A stretch of DNA of 64,000 nt from an uncultured Rhodobiaceae bacterium. GTDB lineage: Archaea; Thermoplasmatota; Poseidoniia; Poseidoniales; Poseidoniaceae. Positions 9,866 to 19,842 of this stretch are shown piece after piece. The number at the start of each line of letters is the position of its first letter. The stretch's first letter is position 1. The translations under genes were made by a program, and so were the position numbers. The notes beneath the pieces were generated by a model. The model worked only from the letters and a program-made list of their open reading frames with translations, was not told where the DNA came from and did not search any database. The DNA lies in contig CALDQY010000189.1 of the NCBI GenBank assembly GCA_937911445.1, positions 185 through 64,184 of the forward strand. The letters run 5' to 3'.

Positions 9866-10905
9866 GTTAACACTCCATCGTTTGTGAGCATCCAAAGTTG
9901 CTCATCCTTGACCAAATGCTGAACAACGACCTCGTTCTGGTTTGTTGTTTGAACACTGTTTTGCCTCAACTCAATTTCCTCTCTCCAACCAGATAGAATC
10001 CACCTATCGTTCGTATGGAGTGCGTGTTGAACTGGCCCCTTTGTGGCAAGGTCAGCCACTTTTTCTCCTGTTCTGTAAAGGCAACAACGCCCATCGTTCA
10101 ATAAAAGGAGCCGTTCAGTTTCTGTTCCATGCACTTCTGAGAGAGCGCCCTCAATGTCAAAGTAGGAACTACCAATCTTACTTCCATCTTCTTTTGAAAG
10201 CCGCAAACATCCTCCCGCTCTTGACCACACTTCGATGGTCGTGGCAGTCTCATGGACAGAAACCGTCTCTTGGCTCATTGGTAGATGAGCGAGGTCAGGC
10301 CACTCTGGAGGCGGTGCCCTCCAGCGTTCCACTCCAGTGACATCAAAACCGTACACTCCACGATTCCAAAGAACGAACACAAACCCATCATCCATACTGC
10401 CTAAAGCAAGAGGCTCTGCATCGAGTACGTGAGCCCATGTTGCCCCCTCAGGTAGAATCGCATGCTCAAGGTTTCGAGCGACTCGTAAATCTCCACGTTC
10501 CACGCCGTCTCTAAATGGTCGATTGAGTGGCAAACACCCCATTCTTGCTAGTAACAATTCACGATCAATCCATGTTGCAATAAGGACATCTCCAACCACA
10601 ATCGCATGCTGGATGGACATTGGAAATGGGCGAGCATGTTGTTCGAGTGGATTCCAATTTTCATCAAGACGGCAGAGTTCTCCATCAACTCCTATGGCTA
10701 CAGCATAGACACCCTCTACATCGGGTGTTTCAATCAATTTGATTGTTCGGAACGGAAGGTTAGTTGAGTTTTCACCTTCGGCCATGAGTATTCGAGTGAG
10801 GGGTTCCTTGTCAATACTCGCTTTCAAGAAGTCCACCCACCTCGGCCAGAACATGTCCGACGTTGTTCTGATTGCAGTGAACAGCGATGATATTGCTTCT
10901 ACCAA
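9844..10905 (-). CDS. hypothetical beta-propeller-repeat protein (PQQ/WD-like repeats)
   Basis: 353-aa ORF with repeated 'hydrophobic-x-G-x-D/N-G' strand motifs. Real start is probably an internal Met (e.g. MAEGENST at 10785), because the annotated start would overlap dtdA. Confidence 0.5.
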   Translation of the reverse strand: MVEAISSLFTAIRTTSDMFWPRWVDFLKASIDKEPLTRILMAEGENSTNLPFRTIKLIETPDVEGVYAVAIGVDGELCRLDENWNPLEQHARPFPMSIQHAIVVGDVLIATWIDRELLLARMGCLPLNRPFRDGVERGDLRVARNLEHAILPEGATWAHVLDAEPLALGSMDDGFVFVLWNRGVYGFDVTGVERWRAPPPEWPDLAHLPMSQETVSVHETATTIEVWSRAGGCLRLSKEDGSKIGSSYFDIEGALSEVHGTETERLLLLNDGRCCLYRTGEKVADLATKGPVQHALHTNDRWILSGWREEIELRQNSVQTTNQNEVVVQHLVKDEQLWMLTNDGVLTHSFLTE

Positions 10906-11809
10906 TCAAGCGAAGTTTCTTCTCGAAAACCATCAGTGGTCGGAATGTGACGTTGTGGAATCTCAACCAGCGTTTGCGATAGGTAATGTCCGCATGTGGT
11001 TTTTACCAGAACGAATACTTTGGGAGGACCATCTCGACCGACGCTGGAATGATGCTACCAAGGAAACAGTGCGTGAAGTCATTTTTCCATCAAGACATGC
11101 TGCAGTAAGTGGAAAACCATGTCTTACATTGCATCCAATTGGCGTACCTCACCACCCACTCGGAGAGGAACCACCATTCGGTGGTCGTTCAGGTTTTGCT
11201 CCTCCTCCGAACCCTCGTATCGCACCTTGGTGGAGGCTTCTTCATCAAAAGTGGGAAGAGGATGCCATTCCTGATTTCTCACTCTCACTTGAAGTGACAC
11301 ATCATGGTCCAATCCTCGATGTACCAGCACTGTTCATTGAGGTTGGTTCAACAGAAAAATACTGGCCGAATGAGGAAGCTGCTTTACTCCTTTCAGAGGT
11401 GATTGCAGAAGGTCTCGGCTTTCGAGATGGATTCACGAATGAATGTTGGAGTTCAAGACATGTTGGAGAACCAGTTCTTGTGACTCTTGGAGGTGGACAT
11501 TACGCCCCGAAGGCGAACAAATTAGGTTTGGAAAACAACGTATGGATTGGACATATGCTAGCGAATCATTCCTTGCCGTTCGGTTCACAAGACGATCCAG
11601 GTATTCTTTGGAAACAATCGATTGATGCAGCACTTGCATCTACTAAATTGGCATTTCCAGGTGGAGTCATCGTCTGCAACATTGAAAAGAAATCGTTCAA
11701 AGGCTGGCAACGCCAATTGATCTACAGTCATCTCGACTCCATCGGGGTCGAAGTTGTTCGAACCAATGCCTTCTTGGAAATGGTCAAAGGATGTCGTGAA
11801 GTCCGGTAG
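10853..11809 (+). CDS. dtdA: D-aminoacyl-tRNA deacylase, archaeal type (DtdA)
   Basis: 'SLEVTHHGP...FIEVGSTEKYW...TLGGGHYAPK' matches DtdA motifs (ATHHGP / GGGHYAP). Start chosen at in-frame ATG 10853 ([13 protein letters not shown]) rather than ORF-track 10739. Confidence 0.75.
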   Translation: MSDVVLIAVNSDDIASTNQAKFLLENHQWSECDVVESQPAFAIGNVRMWFLPERILWEDHLDRRWNDATKETVREVIFPSRHAAVSGKPCLTLHPIGVPHHPLGEEPPFGGRSGFAPPPNPRIAPWWRLLHQKWEEDAIPDFSLSLEVTHHGPILDVPALFIEVGSTEKYWPNEEAALLLSEVIAEGLGFRDGFTNECWSSRHVGEPVLVTLGGGHYAPKANKLGLENNVWIGHMLANHSLPFGSQDDPGILWKQSIDAALASTKLAFPGGVIVCNIEKKSFKGWQRQLIYSHLDSIGVEVVRTNAFLEMVKGCREVR

Positions 11810-11826
11810 GGTAAGGAGGTTGGTTC

Positions 11827-12795
11827 ATGCTGTCAAAACTCATCGTCGCAATGACGCTACGTATGCCACGTTGGTTTGTACGTTGGGTTTCACGTCGCTA
11901 CGTTGCAGGATCAACTCTGGATGATGCAGTAACGGTCATGAAACGATTGGAGTCCGAGGGCGCATGCTTTACCATCGATGTTCTTGGTGAAGAAATCTCC
12001 TCTTTAGACGAAGCACAATTCTTCCTCGATGAATACGTTCGTGTCATGCAGGCAATTGTCGAAAACGACTTTGATGCCAACCTTTCGATTAAGCCGACGG
12101 CATTCGGATTGCTCATCGACAAGGACAAAGGCATGGAGAACATTGAATCCCTTGTCCGTCAAGCTGCCGAACATGATATGTTTGTCCGTTTAGATATGGA
12201 AGATCATCGTGTTACCACAGAAACCATTCAAGTTGTTCTCGATTTGCATGAGAAGGGCTTGACAAATGTCGGAACAGTCCTCCAAGGTCGTTTACATCGA
12301 ACACCAGATGACATCGGGGAAGTTGGTGAAGCCATCGGTCCACATGCTGATTACCGAATTTGCAAAGGAATCTATCTCGAACCTGAAGAGATCGCCTATA
12401 CAACACGAACAGATATCCGCAACAAAACCAATGACGCCATCAGGATGGCGTTGGAACACGGTGCCTATGTTGGAATTGCATCGCACGATGTCCCAGTTGT
12501 CGATTATTCCCTCGATGTTCTGAAGGAATTCAACATGGGTCCATCGATTGACGATCCGAGAAAAAACGCAGGAGCCCCGAGAAAAGGAAAGGGCCCGGGT
12601 TACGAATTCCAAATGCTGCTTGGCGTACGTGGCCCTATGCGACGAAGACTCACAAAGCAAGGACACCGTACTCGAGTCTACATTCCATACGGAGAAAAGT
12701 GGTATGAGTACAGCATACGGCGACTACAAGAAAATCCGACCATCGGATTGCAGATTGCCAAGGCATTTTTGATGCCTTGGACAAACCGTCCATAA
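11827..12795 (+). CDS. proline dehydrogenase (monofunctional PutA-like)
   Basis: 'RRYVAGSTLDDA', 'FVRLDMEDHRV', 'RICKGIYLEPEEIAY' and 'VYIPYGEKWYEYSIRRLQENP' are collinear with Thermus-type proline dehydrogenase. Confidence 0.7.
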   Translation: MLSKLIVAMTLRMPRWFVRWVSRRYVAGSTLDDAVTVMKRLESEGACFTIDVLGEEISSLDEAQFFLDEYVRVMQAIVENDFDANLSIKPTAFGLLIDKDKGMENIESLVRQAAEHDMFVRLDMEDHRVTTETIQVVLDLHEKGLTNVGTVLQGRLHRTPDDIGEVGEAIGPHADYRICKGIYLEPEEIAYTTRTDIRNKTNDAIRMALEHGAYVGIASHDVPVVDYSLDVLKEFNMGPSIDDPRKNAGAPRKGKGPGYEFQMLLGVRGPMRRRLTKQGHRTRVYIPYGEKWYEYSIRRLQENPTIGLQIAKAFLMPWTNRP

Positions 12796-13566
12796 TCACT
12801 TTCGGGCCTTTTTCTTCTTGCGCTTGTTTGACGGTTTGACTCGCTTCTTGATTTGCTCTTTTGGCAAGATTGGATTTGGATTGAAACCAAGGCGACCCTC
12901 TTTCCAGGCTTGACGTCGCTCTCTTGGCGTCTTTGGTTCGAATCGTTCTGGTCTTGGTGGTTCATGCAAATACATTCTCTTAATGTTGGACGCATCGACT
13001 GTGCCTCGTAATGTCCGTCCTTCACCTGTATGGATTGCACGAATGCGCCATGTCTGGACGCCAATGTCGAGCAGTGTTCCTGCTTTGAAAGACGTACCTT
13101 CTTCCACGATGAGTACATCAGGTGTTGAGAATTCGCCTCGAGTCTTCGTGATTTTGACTCGAAGCATATCTTGACGCAACGCAACTGCTCGAACAAGATT
13201 GCTGGCCTCGATTTCCTCAACTGATCCTTTTTCAGATTCGAGTCGAGTTATTCTCCAAGCCATTTCATCGTGTTCGAAAACATCGTTGAGTTCCAACCAT
13301 TCATCAGCGTCGAGATCGATTGTCGCCATGTATGATTCAGGACCATCGGTTAGCATGAACGGTACACGCTTCAACGGAGGTGCTCGGAATTGAATTTCAT
13401 GAACGGTGGAACATGCCTCACATCGCAACAAGTAATCCTTGCCTCGGCCGATTTCTTTTTCCTTGAGAATTTGGTGACCTGTCACATCTTCGCAATTAGG
13501 ACAAAGAACAGCGTTTTCGATGACCTCGTCGTCATCGAAGTCGTCTTCATAGAATTCGTCATCCAT
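12796..13566 (-). CDS. Zn-ribbon protein with lysine-rich C-terminal tail (hypothetical nucleic-acid-binding)
   Basis: CPNC...C..C zinc ribbon near the N-terminus. C-terminus 'KKRVKPSNKRKKKKARK'. The ORF extends to 13695, but start at Met 13566 (MDDEFYEDD) avoids head-on overlap with the divergent methyltransferase gene. Confidence 0.5.
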   Translation of the reverse strand: MDDEFYEDDFDDDEVIENAVLCPNCEDVTGHQILKEKEIGRGKDYLLRCEACSTVHEIQFRAPPLKRVPFMLTDGPESYMATIDLDADEWLELNDVFEHDEMAWRITRLESEKGSVEEIEASNLVRAVALRQDMLRVKITKTRGEFSTPDVLIVEEGTSFKAGTLLDIGVQTWRIRAIHTGEGRTLRGTVDASNIKRMYLHEPPRPERFEPKTPRERRQAWKEGRLGFNPNPILPKEQIKKRVKPSNKRKKKKARK

Positions 13567-13660
13567 GCTTCTCAGGTTGCTCTCGAAGCATGCCCCCTTT
13601 GAATCCACCGCATGTGGTACCGTCACAGTCTTCAAAACAAGCCGCTGTTGTGGTCTTTCC

Positions 13661-14377
13661 ATGAGCGAGGTTGGGCGTGACCAAGTTTTACCCACGCTCT
13701 TGAATGCAGATCATGGTCGTTCCCGTGACGAACCTGAAATCGCAGCGAACATTGCTACACAACTGGAGCACATGGGATTGTCAACATGGTCAATTTCTGT
13801 CTTGCGTCGATTGCGTGATGCCATTGGCCGCCAAGAACCAGACCGAGTTCTCGAAGTTGGAGGAAGTATCGGACATCGCTCTGCATGGTTGTACGACTTG
13901 TTTGCTGAACGTCCAGTCTCTCGTTTCGATATCATCGAACAAGGAGCAAAATTTGGGGTCATTCTCCATCGACTTCAAACACGATACGATGCATCATCGT
14001 GGTCAAACATCATTGTCAATGACTTTGCGACTCTGTGTGCTGAAGAAAAAGCTTGGAAACTAACAACTGCTTCCGGAGTAGGTGCCGATGAACGTCGCCT
14101 TTCCGAAGCCTACGATGCAATCATTGTTGACGCACCTCTCAGTCGATTAGCTAATGATTTGCAACATGCTATGGGTTTGCTTTCCAACAACGGTGTTCTC
14201 TACACAACGGAACCAGAAACACCTGTCGGAGAGTACGATGAACTTGATGATGATGGGAAAGCGAAGGTCGATGGATTCAATGCATGGATTAAATTCGTGC
14301 AAGAATCTCAACCGAACTATCACATGGCTTTTGTCCCGCTCTTCGGTGGGACCATTGTTGCCTTCTTCAAGCGGTAG
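13661..14377 (+). CDS. class I SAM-dependent methyltransferase (O-methyltransferase-like)
   Basis: Motif I 'VLEVGGSIGHRSAWL' and acidic 'FDII' motif II. Start at ATG 13661 (MSEVGRD) preferred over 13565. Confidence 0.6.
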   Translation: MSEVGRDQVLPTLLNADHGRSRDEPEIAANIATQLEHMGLSTWSISVLRRLRDAIGRQEPDRVLEVGGSIGHRSAWLYDLFAERPVSRFDIIEQGAKFGVILHRLQTRYDASSWSNIIVNDFATLCAEEKAWKLTTASGVGADERRLSEAYDAIIVDAPLSRLANDLQHAMGLLSNNGVLYTTEPETPVGEYDELDDDGKAKVDGFNAWIKFVQESQPNYHMAFVPLFGGTIVAFFKR

Positions 14378-15506
14378 ATTGTTGTCCAGCTAATTCTAAG
14401 AGGGCCTCAATATCGAGCAAACCGTATCCATAGTCGTCATCATGATCAGACTGCCCGTCCTGTGGTTGAACGGATTGCATAATCCAGTCTTTGACCTCAT
14501 CAATGGTTGAAACATCTCCTGATGTTCCATTGCTCGCAAGTTCGGGGTGGGCCTCGAGCAGTATGGCTATGGCACCTGTAACATAAACCGTGGCAGCACT
14601 GGTGCCGCTGGATGAGGACCATGTTCCTTGTGTGTTGAGAACGGGTACGTCTTTTGCAGGTGCGACCAGTTCAGGTTTCTTATCTGGGTCGCCACGTGGC
14701 AACTTGAACGGTAGTGCACTGAACCCGTTGTTTCCTGTTGAAGACTTTGCCCAATGATCTCCCGATAGGGTTACGCCTCCAACACATATCACGCGACGTT
14801 CACTCCCGGGTGAAGCAACATCCCCATCGTCATTTTCACCACCATCATTACCTGCGGCTGCCACAACAAATATTCCACGAGCAGTAGCATCGTTTACTGA
14901 GTCTTCAATGGTCCTGCCATTTGAACTTGGTAACGGAAACAAATCTTGCCCCCCACCCAACGAGAGGGAGATGATGCTCACGTTTTGACCGATGCACCAA
15001 TCGATTCCTGCCACGACGTCTTCCTCATATCCAGACCCATTGGCAAGCAGTGCTTTGGCAACGTAGAGGTTCACGTCTTTTGCGATTCCGTTAATCCAAC
15101 CATTTGCCACGAGGATTCCTGCCATGTTCGTCCCATGACCATGATCGTCGTATGGATTGGATTTACCTTGAACAATATCAACCCACGCTGCCACATCAAA
15201 ACCTTCCAAATCTGGGTGATTCAATTCCATACCCGTGTCGACAATGCACACATTGACTCCAGAGCCAGAATAACCGCTTGGAAGGTTGATGAGTTCTCTG
15301 TAGGTTTGTTCAGATTCAATCAGAGCATCGCTCGGTTTGACAAATGTCAGTCCATCACCTGCGATGATGTTGTAAGCAAAGCCTGCTACCAGGATGAGAA
15401 GTACGGCAGTGGCAACGCTCACAATGCGTCGAACGATTTCAAGGTCCCTTTCCAGTTGCGGAGATAGGCCCTCGTCTTTTGCATCTGTATCATGATTCCC
15501 TGTCAC
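14367..15506 (-). CDS. membrane-anchored subtilisin-like serine protease (peptidase S8)
   Basis: Catalytic triad contexts 'VCIVDTG', 'HGHGTNMAG' and 'GTSAATVYVTG'. N-terminal TM anchor 'IVSVATAVLLILVAGFAY'. Confidence 0.85.
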   Translation of the reverse strand: MTGNHDTDAKDEGLSPQLERDLEIVRRIVSVATAVLLILVAGFAYNIIAGDGLTFVKPSDALIESEQTYRELINLPSGYSGSGVNVCIVDTGMELNHPDLEGFDVAAWVDIVQGKSNPYDDHGHGTNMAGILVANGWINGIAKDVNLYVAKALLANGSGYEEDVVAGIDWCIGQNVSIISLSLGGGQDLFPLPSSNGRTIEDSVNDATARGIFVVAAAGNDGGENDDGDVASPGSERRVICVGGVTLSGDHWAKSSTGNNGFSALPFKLPRGDPDKKPELVAPAKDVPVLNTQGTWSSSSGTSAATVYVTGAIAILLEAHPELASNGTSGDVSTIDEVKDWIMQSVQPQDGQSDHDDDYGYGLLDIEALLELAGQQSTA

Positions 15507-15515
15507 GACAACCCC

Positions 15516-16739
15516 TCACTGAAATGCCTGAACTGCTTCTGAAAACGTATCGACAAAACGCTTGACGTCCTCCTCAGTGTTGTAGAAATAAGCAGAGGCT
15601 CTCAATGAGCCATTGTACCCTCTGTCATTGAACCAAGAATGAACACAGTGCTGGCCAGATCGAACCATGACGCCCGATACCTCGTCAAGAAGCAATGCGA
15701 TGTCATGTGCGGGAAGCTTTTCATCAAGAAGCAATGAACAGATTCCTCCACGTTTGGATGCATCTTCTGGGCCTATGATTGAAACACCATCCAAATCTTT
15801 GACTCCATCTGACATAATTCTGTTCAAATGAATCTCATGTTCGTGTATTTGTTCCATATCGAGACTTGTTAGGTAATCAATGGCAGCTCCGGTCGCCATC
15901 ATGCCTGCAAAATGACCGAGGCCACCCTCAAACTTGGAAGGTGTTGTGGCCCATTCAACACCATCATAGTGAGAAGTCTTGACCGTCTGTCCTCCAGATT
16001 GTATGGTGCGCATGGAATTGAGCAACTCCTCTCTACCCCAAAGACCTCCCATTCCTGACGGTCCGAGCATTTTGTGAATTGAAAACGCAAAGAAATCGAT
16101 GCCCATCTCTTGCACATCGACCGGCATGTGTGGAGCAGATTGAGCACCGTCAACACAGACAAGGGCGTCAAAATCTCTCGCAATTTTTGTGATTTCCCGG
16201 ATTGGAATTTCGATTCCATCGAGATTACCAACTTGGCTAACAGAAACCATTCTCAACTTACTACCTGCTTCTGCGCACATGTGTTCAAAGGCTTCGATAT
16301 CGAACGTGTTGTCCTCATGTGAAGTCACGACGCGATGGTCGATACCCTGCTCTTCTTCGAGTTGGAGCCAAGGGACAAGATTCGAGTTGTGTTCTCTATC
16401 TGTTGTGAGAACAACATCTCCTTTTTGCCATGACAATCCCTTTGCGACTTGATTGAGGCTATGGGTTGCATTACGTGTGAAGACGATTTCATTCTCGGAT
16501 GGTGCGTTGAAAAACTGACCGAGTGTTCTCCTGGAATGTGCGATAGTTTTCGAAACAGTTGTACCAAATCGGTGAACTGAACGGCCTCCACAGCCTGGCG
16601 TTTTTGTGTAATAGTCTGAAATTGCATTGATAACGGAATGTGGCCGTAGAGTGACGCATGCATTGTCAAGATAGGCAACAGGTTGCTCCTCACACAATGC
16701 TGGGAAATCTTCGCGTCGTTTTGCTAAATCCATCACCAT
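15516..16739 (-). CDS. cysteine desulfurase (class V aminotransferase, SufS/CsdA-like)
   Basis: PLP-lysine context 'FFAFSIHKMLGPSGMGGLWGR'. N-terminal 'AYLDNACVTLRP'. Catalytic Cys region 'RSGQHC' near C-terminus. Confidence 0.8.
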   Translation of the reverse strand: MVMDLAKRREDFPALCEEQPVAYLDNACVTLRPHSVINAISDYYTKTPGCGGRSVHRFGTTVSKTIAHSRRTLGQFFNAPSENEIVFTRNATHSLNQVAKGLSWQKGDVVLTTDREHNSNLVPWLQLEEEQGIDHRVVTSHEDNTFDIEAFEHMCAEAGSKLRMVSVSQVGNLDGIEIPIREITKIARDFDALVCVDGAQSAPHMPVDVQEMGIDFFAFSIHKMLGPSGMGGLWGREELLNSMRTIQSGGQTVKTSHYDGVEWATTPSKFEGGLGHFAGMMATGAAIDYLTSLDMEQIHEHEIHLNRIMSDGVKDLDGVSIIGPEDASKRGGICSLLLDEKLPAHDIALLLDEVSGVMVRSGQHCVHSWFNDRGYNGSLRASAYFYNTEEDVKRFVDTFSEAVQAFQ

Positions 16740-17653
16740 GCCTCCTGATCGGGAGAAACTTCGAGAATCTTTGCTTTGCTCATGAGATCCTCATCTGCAG
16801 AAACAGCCGCCTTCGTTCGGACACGTGCTTCATTGCCAAGCATTCTCTGTGGGAACCAAACGGTCCACAATAGTAGTGGAATCGTCAGAATCGAGAAGAG
16901 AATGTGGAGCGTCAAAGCCCATGTTCGTGATCCTGTGCGTTCAGCGATGTATTGTGCGCCAGTCCAAGCGCTGAGCACGGCTAAAGTGGCCCAAGTTCCG
17001 CACACCAACGCCCATCCTCGCAACGAATGCTCAAGCATTGATTCTTCCATCACCCGAACATCTTCGTGCAAGTGGTGAGTCTCAACATGCAGGTCCCTTG
17101 TTTCACGCACTGCTTTGATGAAGAAGTAGAGGAAGAAAATGCACACTAACGTGATGAGGAACCCACCCATCATGTCTGATAGCGAAAGTCCAACAGGGAA
17201 GTTCTTGTTCGTTGAGTGGAAGAAAACCTGAGCTATTCCGAATCCTGCCCAAATCATCAGCAATGTGATTGTATGTGTCCGCATAATTGGGAACATTTGG
17301 ATGAGCATGAACAGGAACCATCCCCAAATCAGTATGGAAATAACCATCTGAAAGTAGGCCGTACTTCCAGCGATTTGAAGGCCTTCCAAACCTGCAATTT
17401 TCGCATTCCCTCCATCAAAGATATCCGCATTGAGAGCGCCGAGAAGAATCGCAAGCACTGCTGACAGAATTGCAATCGTAAATTGCGGATTCCAATCGGT
17501 ACGAATCAATTTCAACTGGAACATCAACTCTTGACGGATTTGTGGTATGAGTGGATGGAAATCGAAGAACTTCGGTTCAACTTTGACATCATTCAACCTG
17601 AATGGAAGTGCATCGTGAGATGCGTCATGGGTTGCTGACTCCCCACCGTCCAT
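16733..17653 (-). CDS. hypothetical polytopic membrane protein
   Basis: 306 aa with at least 6 predicted TM helices. Overlaps the desulfurase start by 7 nt (same strand). Confidence 0.55.
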   Translation of the reverse strand: MDGGESATHDASHDALPFRLNDVKVEPKFFDFHPLIPQIRQELMFQLKLIRTDWNPQFTIAILSAVLAILLGALNADIFDGGNAKIAGLEGLQIAGSTAYFQMVISILIWGWFLFMLIQMFPIMRTHTITLLMIWAGFGIAQVFFHSTNKNFPVGLSLSDMMGGFLITLVCIFFLYFFIKAVRETRDLHVETHHLHEDVRVMEESMLEHSLRGWALVCGTWATLAVLSAWTGAQYIAERTGSRTWALTLHILFSILTIPLLLWTVWFPQRMLGNEARVRTKAAVSADEDLMSKAKILEVSPDQEAW

Positions 17654-17713
17654 GTCACCCCGTGAACGTCCCCCTTTGAGGTTCTTGCGTTCCTACATTG
17701 ACAAGCGAGAGCG

Positions 17714-17719
17714 TTAAAC
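17714..17719 (+). promoter_or_regulatory. putative weak TATA-like box (TTAAAC) ~30 nt upstream of tRNA-Ser
   Basis: Position matches archaeal BRE/TATA spacing relative to the mature tRNA 5' end. Sequence itself is weak. Confidence 0.3.
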
Positions 17720-17746
17720 CCTGATGACGATTGGACAGAATTGCGA

Positions 17747-17829
17747 GCCGAGATCGCATAGCCTGGTAGTGCGCGCGACTGGAAATCGCGTGGGCCTGTC
17801 CCTCGGGAGTTCAAATCTCTCTCTCGGCG
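17747..17829 (+). tRNA. tRNA-Ser (anticodon GGA), type II with 14-nt variable arm; CCA encoded at 17830-17832
   Basis: Hand fold. Acceptor GCCGAGA/TCTCGGC, 3-bp D stem, anticodon stem CGCGA/TCGCG with loop CTGGAAA, long variable arm, T arm GGGAG-TTCAAAT-CTCTC. Confidence 0.75.
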
Positions 17830-17873
17830 CCAATTCACATCCCTCTCGCCTGTTTTTGGAAGACGCGAAGCGG

Positions 17874-17879
17874 TTATAT
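17874..17879 (+). promoter_or_regulatory. TATA box (TTATAT) ~28 nt upstream of tRNA-Thr
   Basis: Canonical archaeal TATA spacing to the mature 5' end at 17905. Confidence 0.5.
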
Positions 17880-17904
17880 CGAAATGCTTGGTGGCATGGA
17901 CGCC

Positions 17905-17976
17905 GCCACCGTGGCTTAGTGGTATAGCACCTCATTGGTAATGAGGAGGTCGCGAGTTCGATCCTCGCCGGTGGCT
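17905..17976 (+). tRNA. tRNA-Thr (anticodon GGT); CCA encoded at 17977-17979
   Basis: Acceptor GCCACCG/CGGTGGC, anticodon stem CCTCA/TGAGG with loop TTGGTAA, T arm GCGAG-TTCGATC-CTCGC, 72 nt. Confidence 0.75.
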
Positions 17977-17989
17977 CCACCATCAAATC

Positions 17990-18010
17990 GACTTTTGATC
18001 GTCTTTTGCT
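17990..18010 (+). terminator. oligo-T tract downstream of tRNA-Thr (archaeal-type terminator)
   Basis: 'CTTTTGATCGTCTTTTGCTC' directly follows the tRNA. Confidence 0.35.
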
Positions 18011-18079
18011 CGGTAAACATTAAGAGTTGTCGGGATTGAATTCGTTGTGAAGAAGGGGACTTCTTCGGATGGGAAATAC

Positions 18080-18262
18080 ATGAGCACTACTACTGAAAAG
18101 AAGAACGATACGAAGGCACGCATCAAAGAACTGCAAACCCAAGTCGACGATTTGAAAGAACTTGTCAACACACTACTCTCTGTCATTGTTGAAGAACCAG
18201 ATGGTGTTCACAGCGGTTCTGCACCAACAGGCGGGCATCCACTCGCCAACACCTGCATGTGA
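18080..18262 (+). CDS. hypothetical small coiled-coil protein
   Basis: 60-70 aa ORF ('TKARIKELQTQVDDLKELVNTLLSVIVEE') between tRNA-Thr and rtcB. Coding status uncertain. Confidence 0.25.
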   Translation: MSTTTEKKNDTKARIKELQTQVDDLKELVNTLLSVIVEEPDGVHSGSAPTGGHPLANTCM

Positions 18263-19738
18263 TCAACCTTTGATGACGGCCATTGGCTCGAGGCGTAAAA
18301 CCGGACGTGCAAGGTTTGCTCGGCTTGTATTTTCGATGACTTGATCCACATTCTTGTATGCTTCTGGAGCTTCCTCGGAAAGAATATTCTTTGTTGCAGC
18401 TTGTACAACAATTCCTTTGTTGCGAAGTTCGTTTTCCTTCTGTTCAGCGTTGATTTGTTTCCTTGCAGCTGAGCGGGATAATGCTCTTCCTGCTCCATGA
18501 CAAGCACTCCCGAATGCTTGGTTTTGTTGTGTTCTTGGCCCTGCCATCAGCCATGAGCCGCGACCCATATCACCAGGAACAACCACAGGTTGGCCCGTAT
18601 CCGAAAAGGATGCATGAACATCGGGTTGATTGCCACTAAACGCTCTTGTTGCACCCTTCCTGTGTACGACACATGTGCAGTTTTTTCCGTGAATGACATG
18701 GTCTTCAATTTTGGCGATGTTATGCGATACATCGTAGAGGGTTGACAATTCGACTTCTTCCCCGAGTTCAGCCTTCAAACCCTTGAACAAACGGTCCGTA
18801 AGGACAGCACGATTCGTAAAGGCAAAATTGGCTGCGGTTTTCATATCATTGAGATAGGCTTGACCTTGCTTGGAATGGATTGGTGCAGATGCGAGTTGAC
18901 GATCGGGTAAAACGTAACCCCATTCCTCATCAATCCAATCGTTTCCTCGTTGCTTAAGTCGCAATTCCAACTGGTGAATGTGGTCACTGCAAACTTGGTG
19001 GCCGAGTCCGCGGGAGCCAGAATGAATCATTGCTACAACCTGATTCTCAGAAAGATTCCAATGTTGCGCAGTCTCAACATCAACGATTTCTGAAACCCGT
19101 TGTAGTTCGAGGAAATGGTTGCCACTTCCAAGCGTACCGAGTGCCTTCATGCCTCTTTGTTTTGCTCGATGACTGATGGATAACTCGTCAACCTCAAACG
19201 AACCATTCGACTCGACTGTGCCTGTAGCATGATGTTGTTCAACATCGATGGATTCAAGTTCACTCAATCCTCCACGTAAAATCAGATTCAGCTTGGATTC
19301 TGACAAGTCAATACCTCCTTTGCCTGAACCACCAGCAGGTATTCTGCCGTTCAAACGACGTGCCAATTTTTCGAGGTTCGGGATGTCGTCCGCTTCTAAA
19401 TTAAGAGCAACAGCTCGTACACCACAATTGATGTCAAAACCAACAGCACCAGGAGAAATTGCACCGCCCTGTTCGCCATGTTCGACATTGGTTGCCACAA
19501 CGCCTCCGATGGGAAGACCATACCCATAATGCCAATCGGCCATGCCCCAAGCGGTTCCAACCACACCGGGAAGTTCCGTTGCATTCATCAGTTGAATTGG
19601 CCCACGTCCGTCTTGATAATTTTCGATTTCTTCCATGGTTGAGATGATGGCTGCATCAACTTTCATTCGGTTGTGCGCTTTGATTCGAACAACACCCGGC
19701 GACGACAAGTCGACGTGCTTGGTCCAATCAGCAGCCAT
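18263..19738 (-). CDS. rtcB: tRNA-splicing ligase RtcB
   Basis: 491 aa. 'GFDINCGVR', 'GSGNHFLELQ' and 'HSGSRGLGHQV' metal-binding motifs typical of RtcB. Confidence 0.85.
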   Translation of the reverse strand: MAADWTKHVDLSSPGVVRIKAHNRMKVDAAIISTMEEIENYQDGRGPIQLMNATELPGVVGTAWGMADWHYGYGLPIGGVVATNVEHGEQGGAISPGAVGFDINCGVRAVALNLEADDIPNLEKLARRLNGRIPAGGSGKGGIDLSESKLNLILRGGLSELESIDVEQHHATGTVESNGSFEVDELSISHRAKQRGMKALGTLGSGNHFLELQRVSEIVDVETAQHWNLSENQVVAMIHSGSRGLGHQVCSDHIHQLELRLKQRGNDWIDEEWGYVLPDRQLASAPIHSKQGQAYLNDMKTAANFAFTNRAVLTDRLFKGLKAELGEEVELSTLYDVSHNIAKIEDHVIHGKNCTCVVHRKGATRAFSGNQPDVHASFSDTGQPVVVPGDMGRGSWLMAGPRTQQNQAFGSACHGAGRALSRSAARKQINAEQKENELRNKGIVVQAATKNILSEEAPEAYKNVDQVIENTSRANLARPVLRLEPMAVIKG

Positions 19739-19842
19739 GGTTGTCGTTCAACCTCTTTCTTTTGATGATTTCCACTTTTGCACACCAAATAAAGGGAGGG
19801 TTGAAAGGACGGAATACCCCCCGCAGAAATGGAGGCGTTCCA

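Noticed and set aside
17593-17986. Minus-strand ORFs 17593..17838 and 17714..17986
   Set aside because: They run antisense across the two tRNA genes and their promoter spacer. Translations are Arg/Ser/Pro-rich nonsense.
19741-19842. N-terminal 34-codon extension of the AlaRS ORF
   Set aside because: The extension is hydrophobic and unconserved. A GGAGG RBS precedes ATG 19843. The conserved AlaRS N-terminus (FHDNGYTRHQC) begins right after it.
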